Source of the DNA: a bacterium
Lineage (GTDB): Bacteria; Patescibacteriota; Minisyncoccia; Minisyncoccales; JANBVM01
Assembly (NCBI GenBank): GCA_030588745.1
Contig: JAUUXB010000001.1
Span: forward strand, 5,330-69,329
Reading direction: 5' to 3'
DNA: 64,000 nucleotides
Both the position numbers and the translations under genes were made by a program. The notes under the pieces are model-generated. The model ran no database searches. It was not told the DNA's origin and was given only the letters and a program-made list of their open reading frames with translations. Each line of letters opens with the position of its first letter. Positions within the stretch are counted from its first letter, which is position 1. Shown here one piece after another: positions 61,217-64,000 of the stretch.

Positions 61217-61241
61217 AAAACAGCCATTTTAAGGCTGTTTT
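61217..61241 (+). terminator. intrinsic terminator
   Basis: AAAACAGCC-attttaa-GGCTGTTTT. Confidence 0.65.
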
Positions 61242-61249
61242 GATTGATC

Positions 61250-61338
61250 ACTTTCTTCTTTTTTGAACCCGCAATTTAAAGTGATTTTTAAAAAGTACTG
61301 ATTAAGGTTAAATTGCGAGCTCGAAAAAGAAGAAAAGT
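61250..61338. repeat. long imperfect inverted repeat (about 30-bp arms, about 28-nt loop)
   Basis: ACTTTCTTCTTTTTTGAACCCGCAATTTAA (61250-79) versus TTAAATTGCGAGCTCGAAAAAGAAGAAAAGT (61308-38). There is a 10-bp perfect core plus about 17 further pairs. Confidence 0.7.
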
Positions 61339-61468
61339 CTATTATTATAATTTAATTATAACATTATTGTTGAATTTTGTCAATGATATTTTGTTATTTT
61401 AAAGAAATGGTATAATTAATTTATGAATAAAAAAGTCGTTTTTTTAGATAAATTTAAAAATTATTAAT

Positions 61469-61693
61469 ATGGATGAAATAATTAATATTTTGCTTGGCAA
61501 TCCATGGTTTATTCCGTTAATTGTTTTTTGGACTATACCATGGAAAGGAGTGGCTTTATGGAGAGCATCAAAAAATAATCACAAAAAATGGTTTGTAGCT
61601 TTACTTGTCTTAAATACTTTAGCTGTTTTGGAAATTATATATATATATTTTTTCAGTAAAAATAAACAAGCAGTCGCAAACCGTGAAAGTTGA
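61469..61693 (+). CDS. small two-TM membrane protein
   Basis: 74 aa. WFIPLIVFWTIPWKGVALWRA...FVALLVLNTLAVLEIIYIYFF. Confidence 0.5.
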   Translation: MDEIINILLGNPWFIPLIVFWTIPWKGVALWRASKNNHKKWFVALLVLNTLAVLEIIYIYFFSKNKQAVANRES

Positions 61694-62222
61694 AAGAATT
61701 GTGGTGGGTAAATTGGCAACCAATTGTTATTTGTTTATTTCAGGACAAGAATCGGCAATTATTGACCCAGGAGATGAGGCAGATAAAATCTTAACACAAG
61801 TTGAAAAAACAAAAACTAAGGTAAAATATATTATTAATACCCATTCTCATTTTGACCATATTTTAGCCAGCGATGAGCTAAGAGAAAAAACAGGGGCTGC
61901 AGTTTTAATTCACGAAGAAGAAAAGAAACTCGTCAACTTTAAAGTTGATAAATTTTTAAAAGAAAAAGATAAAATAAAGATAGGCAGTGCTGTTTTAGAG
62001 GTAGTTCATACGCCTGGTCATACTCCAGGAGGAATTTGTTTATCAGGCAAAGAGGTGATTTTCACCGGAGACACTATTTTTAAAAATGGTTATGGAAGAA
62101 CTGATTTAGCTAACGGCTCTTTTGAAAAATTAAAAGATTCATTGAAAAAATTAGCAGGTTTATTAAAGCCTGGTATAACGGTTTACCCTGGCCATGGTGA
62201 GCCGTTTAAAATTAATAAATAA
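61683..62222 (+). CDS. MBL-fold metallo-hydrolase (glyoxalase II-like)
   Basis: THSHFDH motif, HTPGHTPG, GDTIF. Confidence 0.82.
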   Translation: MKVERIVVGKLATNCYLFISGQESAIIDPGDEADKILTQVEKTKTKVKYIINTHSHFDHILASDELREKTGAAVLIHEEEKKLVNFKVDKFLKEKDKIKIGSAVLEVVHTPGHTPGGICLSGKEVIFTGDTIFKNGYGRTDLANGSFEKLKDSLKKLAGLLKPGITVYPGHGEPFKINK

Positions 62223-62229
62223 AAGCTTT

Positions 62230-63432
62230 ATGCCAAAAAAAACACTTAAAATTTCATCAAGAGCAATTAATACGCCATTATCTCCAATAAGAAAATTTGT
62301 ACCACTTTTACAACTTGCCAAGAAAAAAAGATTAAATGTTTTTGAACTTCATATTGGCCAGCCTGACTTAAAAACACCTTCTCAAATTTTAAACAAAATA
62401 AAGAACTTTAACGAGAAAATAATAAGATATACTCCTTCTAATGGAATACCTGAAGTGCAGTCTGCATGGAAAAAGTATTTTAAAGGTTTTAATATTAATT
62501 TTAATGAATCTGAAATTGTTGTTACAATCGGGGGAAGTGAAGCAATATTTTTTGCTCTTTCTGCTATTTGTGATCCAAAAGAAGAAGTTATTGTGTTTGA
62601 GCCGTTTTATACAAATTACAATGGTATTGGATCAATAGTAAATGTGAAGTTAGTTCCTGTTAGAACCTTTGTAAAAACTGGTTTCCATTTACCTGATAAA
62701 AAATCTATTGAAAGAAAAATTAGTAAAAAAACAAAAGCAATTTTAATTTGCAATCCATCTAATCCTACTGGCACTGTTTATAGTAAAAAAGAACTCCAGA
62801 TGATTGTTGATATTGCCAATAAGTATAATCTTTTCATCTTAGCTGATGAAGTTTATCGTGAGCTTGTTTATGATGGCCAGAAGCATTTTTCAATAATGGA
62901 TTTTAAAAAAGCTCATAACAGAGCAGTGATTCTTGATAGCATTTCAAAAAGATTCAGCGCTTGCGGTGTCAGAATAGGATGTTTGGCTTCAAAGAATAAA
63001 GATCTTATTGCTGGGGTGACAAAGTTTGCCCAGGCAAGATTATCTTTACCAATGGTTGAGCAAGTTGCAGCAGTTCCACTTTTATTAAGTTCAAAAGCAT
63101 ATACCAGAAAAATTGCTAAAGAGTATAAAAAAAGAAGAGATGCTGTCTATGGGGGTTTACAGAAAATCCCAGGAGTCCAGTGCTTAAAACCAAAAGGAGC
63201 ATTTTATATAATAGTTAAGCTTCCAGTTAAAGATTCAGAAGACTTTACTCGCTGGCTTTTAACTAAATTCTCTTATAATAATCAAACAGTTATGCTTGCT
63301 CCTGCTGCCGGGTTTTATGCAACTAAAGGATTAGGAAAAGATGAAGTAAGGATTGCCTTTGTTTTATCTGCTCCAAAATTAAAGCAAGCCATGTATATCT
63401 TAAAGATTGCTTTAGAGCAATATAAGGAATAA
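62230..63432 (+). CDS. class I/II PLP-dependent aminotransferase (aspartate aminotransferase-like)
   Basis: NPSNPTG, LADEVY, SISKRFSACGVRIG (PLP-Lys motif). Start set at MPKKTLK. Confidence 0.85.
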   Translation: MPKKTLKISSRAINTPLSPIRKFVPLLQLAKKKRLNVFELHIGQPDLKTPSQILNKIKNFNEKIIRYTPSNGIPEVQSAWKKYFKGFNINFNESEIVVTIGGSEAIFFALSAICDPKEEVIVFEPFYTNYNGIGSIVNVKLVPVRTFVKTGFHLPDKKSIERKISKKTKAILICNPSNPTGTVYSKKELQMIVDIANKYNLFILADEVYRELVYDGQKHFSIMDFKKAHNRAVILDSISKRFSACGVRIGCLASKNKDLIAGVTKFAQARLSLPMVEQVAAVPLLLSSKAYTRKIAKEYKKRRDAVYGGLQKIPGVQCLKPKGAFYIIVKLPVKDSEDFTRWLLTKFSYNNQTVMLAPAAGFYATKGLGKDEVRIAFVLSAPKLKQAMYILKIALEQYKE

Positions 63433-64000
63433 TGATTGAATTTAAAAAAAGAGTTTATAAAGTTGTTAGCAAAATGAATAATTCTACTAATAAAATCTTT
63501 ATTGGATTGTTTGTTGGGTTAATTATTTTTTTAATAATGATTAGCAATGAAGCTTTGTTTCTATTTATCAACCATGGTCTAGCTAATCAATATCTGGACT
63601 TTATTGTTTTATATATTTTTATTCCTTTATTTGTTTTAATGGGAGTAATTCCTGGGATATTATTTGTTTTTAAAAAAGATATTTCAGGTCTCTTTACTTT
63701 ATTTTCCGGAGGATTTTGTTATATTGTTGGCAATTTAATAAAACTTATTTTTAAAATGCCAAGGCCATACGCAATGCTTCCTGACGTAAGAATTATTGGT
63801 CCTTGGCATATGAGCCAGTATTCTTTTCCTTCTACCACCACAATGCTTGCTTTTGGCCTAGCACTGGCTTTTTTTATTGAAAAAAGAGATAAGCTAAGTT
63901 ATTTTTTCTTAGCTTTAGCATTTTTAGTTGGGTTTACAGTCATTTATACTGGATTTCATTTTCCTAAAGATGTTGTTTTTGGCGCGTCTCTTTCTTTGTT
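63432..64000 (+). CDS. PAP2-family membrane phosphatase, 3' end outside window
   Basis: Own translation, open to the window edge: KLIFKMPRPY, SFPSTTTM and GFHFPKDVVFGA correspond to the three PAP2 motifs. The ATG overlaps the previous stop (TAATG). Confidence 0.7.
   Translation, partial: MIEFKKRVYKVVSKMNNSTNKIFIGLFVGLIIFLIMISNEALFLFINHGLANQYLDFIVLYIFIPLFVLMGVIPGILFVFKKDISGLFTLFSGGFCYIVGNLIKLIFKMPRPYAMLPDVRIIGPWHMSQYSFPSTTTMLAFGLALAFFIEKRDKLSYFFLALAFLVGFTVIYTGFHFPKDVVFGASLSL

Noticed and set aside
1-64000. Alternative genetic code (UGA recoding, as in some candidate phyla)
   Set aside because: Conserved genes such as dnaE and the NUDIX gene at 45482 end at TGA at the expected length. No conserved gene needs read-through of an in-frame TGA. 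Code 11 fits.
1-64000. CRISPR array, diversity-generating retroelement, prophage, transposon or toxin-antitoxin pair
   Set aside because: No regularly spaced short repeats were seen. There is no reverse transcriptase and no template/variable repeat pair. No integrase, transposase, capsid or terminase genes are present. The only long repeats are the three pairs described in the findings. The lone holin-like and NYN genes are not enough to call a prophage or a TA system.

Overview
AT-rich (by eye about 30-35% GC), very compact bacterial chromosome segment that uses the standard code: TAA, TAG and TGA all terminate conserved genes. I call about 75 protein genes, 7 tRNAs and one intein. Most genes are housekeeping: rpsI, two mreB, holB, frr, rseP, proS, gatCAB (split), pheST, gyrB, secE-nusG-rplK, tmk, deoC, thrS, dnaE, rnhB, rpmF, nusB, rnc, rpsP, trmD, rpmG, rplJL, rlmN, a MacAB-like ABC efflux set, pcm and mltG. 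The gene style suggests a Patescibacteria/CPR (Parcubacteria-like) genome, though that is inference: small genes, DUF5667-type secreted proteins, Lys/Glu-rich tails on ribosomal proteins, fused enzymes and few biosynthetic genes. I found no CRISPR array, transposase, integrase, reverse transcriptase or recognisable multi-gene defence operon, and I cannot point to a convincing new system. The observations most worth a second look are listed here. (1) Two insertion scars, where a single GC-richer gene is bracketed by a duplicated 3' end of the target gene (tRNA-Asp; rpmG). (2) An 89-bp near-identical promoter plus 5'-UTR cassette placed before both pyrF and pyrE, with a decoy-SD/anti-SD/SD arrangement. 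(3) Two tRNAs (Tyr and an initiator-like Met) with a shared A18/G55 change in the D-loop/T-loop contact. (4) A LAGLIDADG intein in gyrB. (5) Enzyme fusions: MiaB-MiaA, an N-terminal domain fused to an archaeal-type ThyA, and an NTase-like domain fused to dCMP deaminase. (6) Attenuator-like alternative hairpins before thrS and rplJ. (7) The classical rpmG-secE-nusG-rplK-(rplA)-rplJL cluster is split into three pieces and has no rplA. Coordinates of hairpins, promoters and alternative starts were derived by hand and are less certain than the CDS calls.
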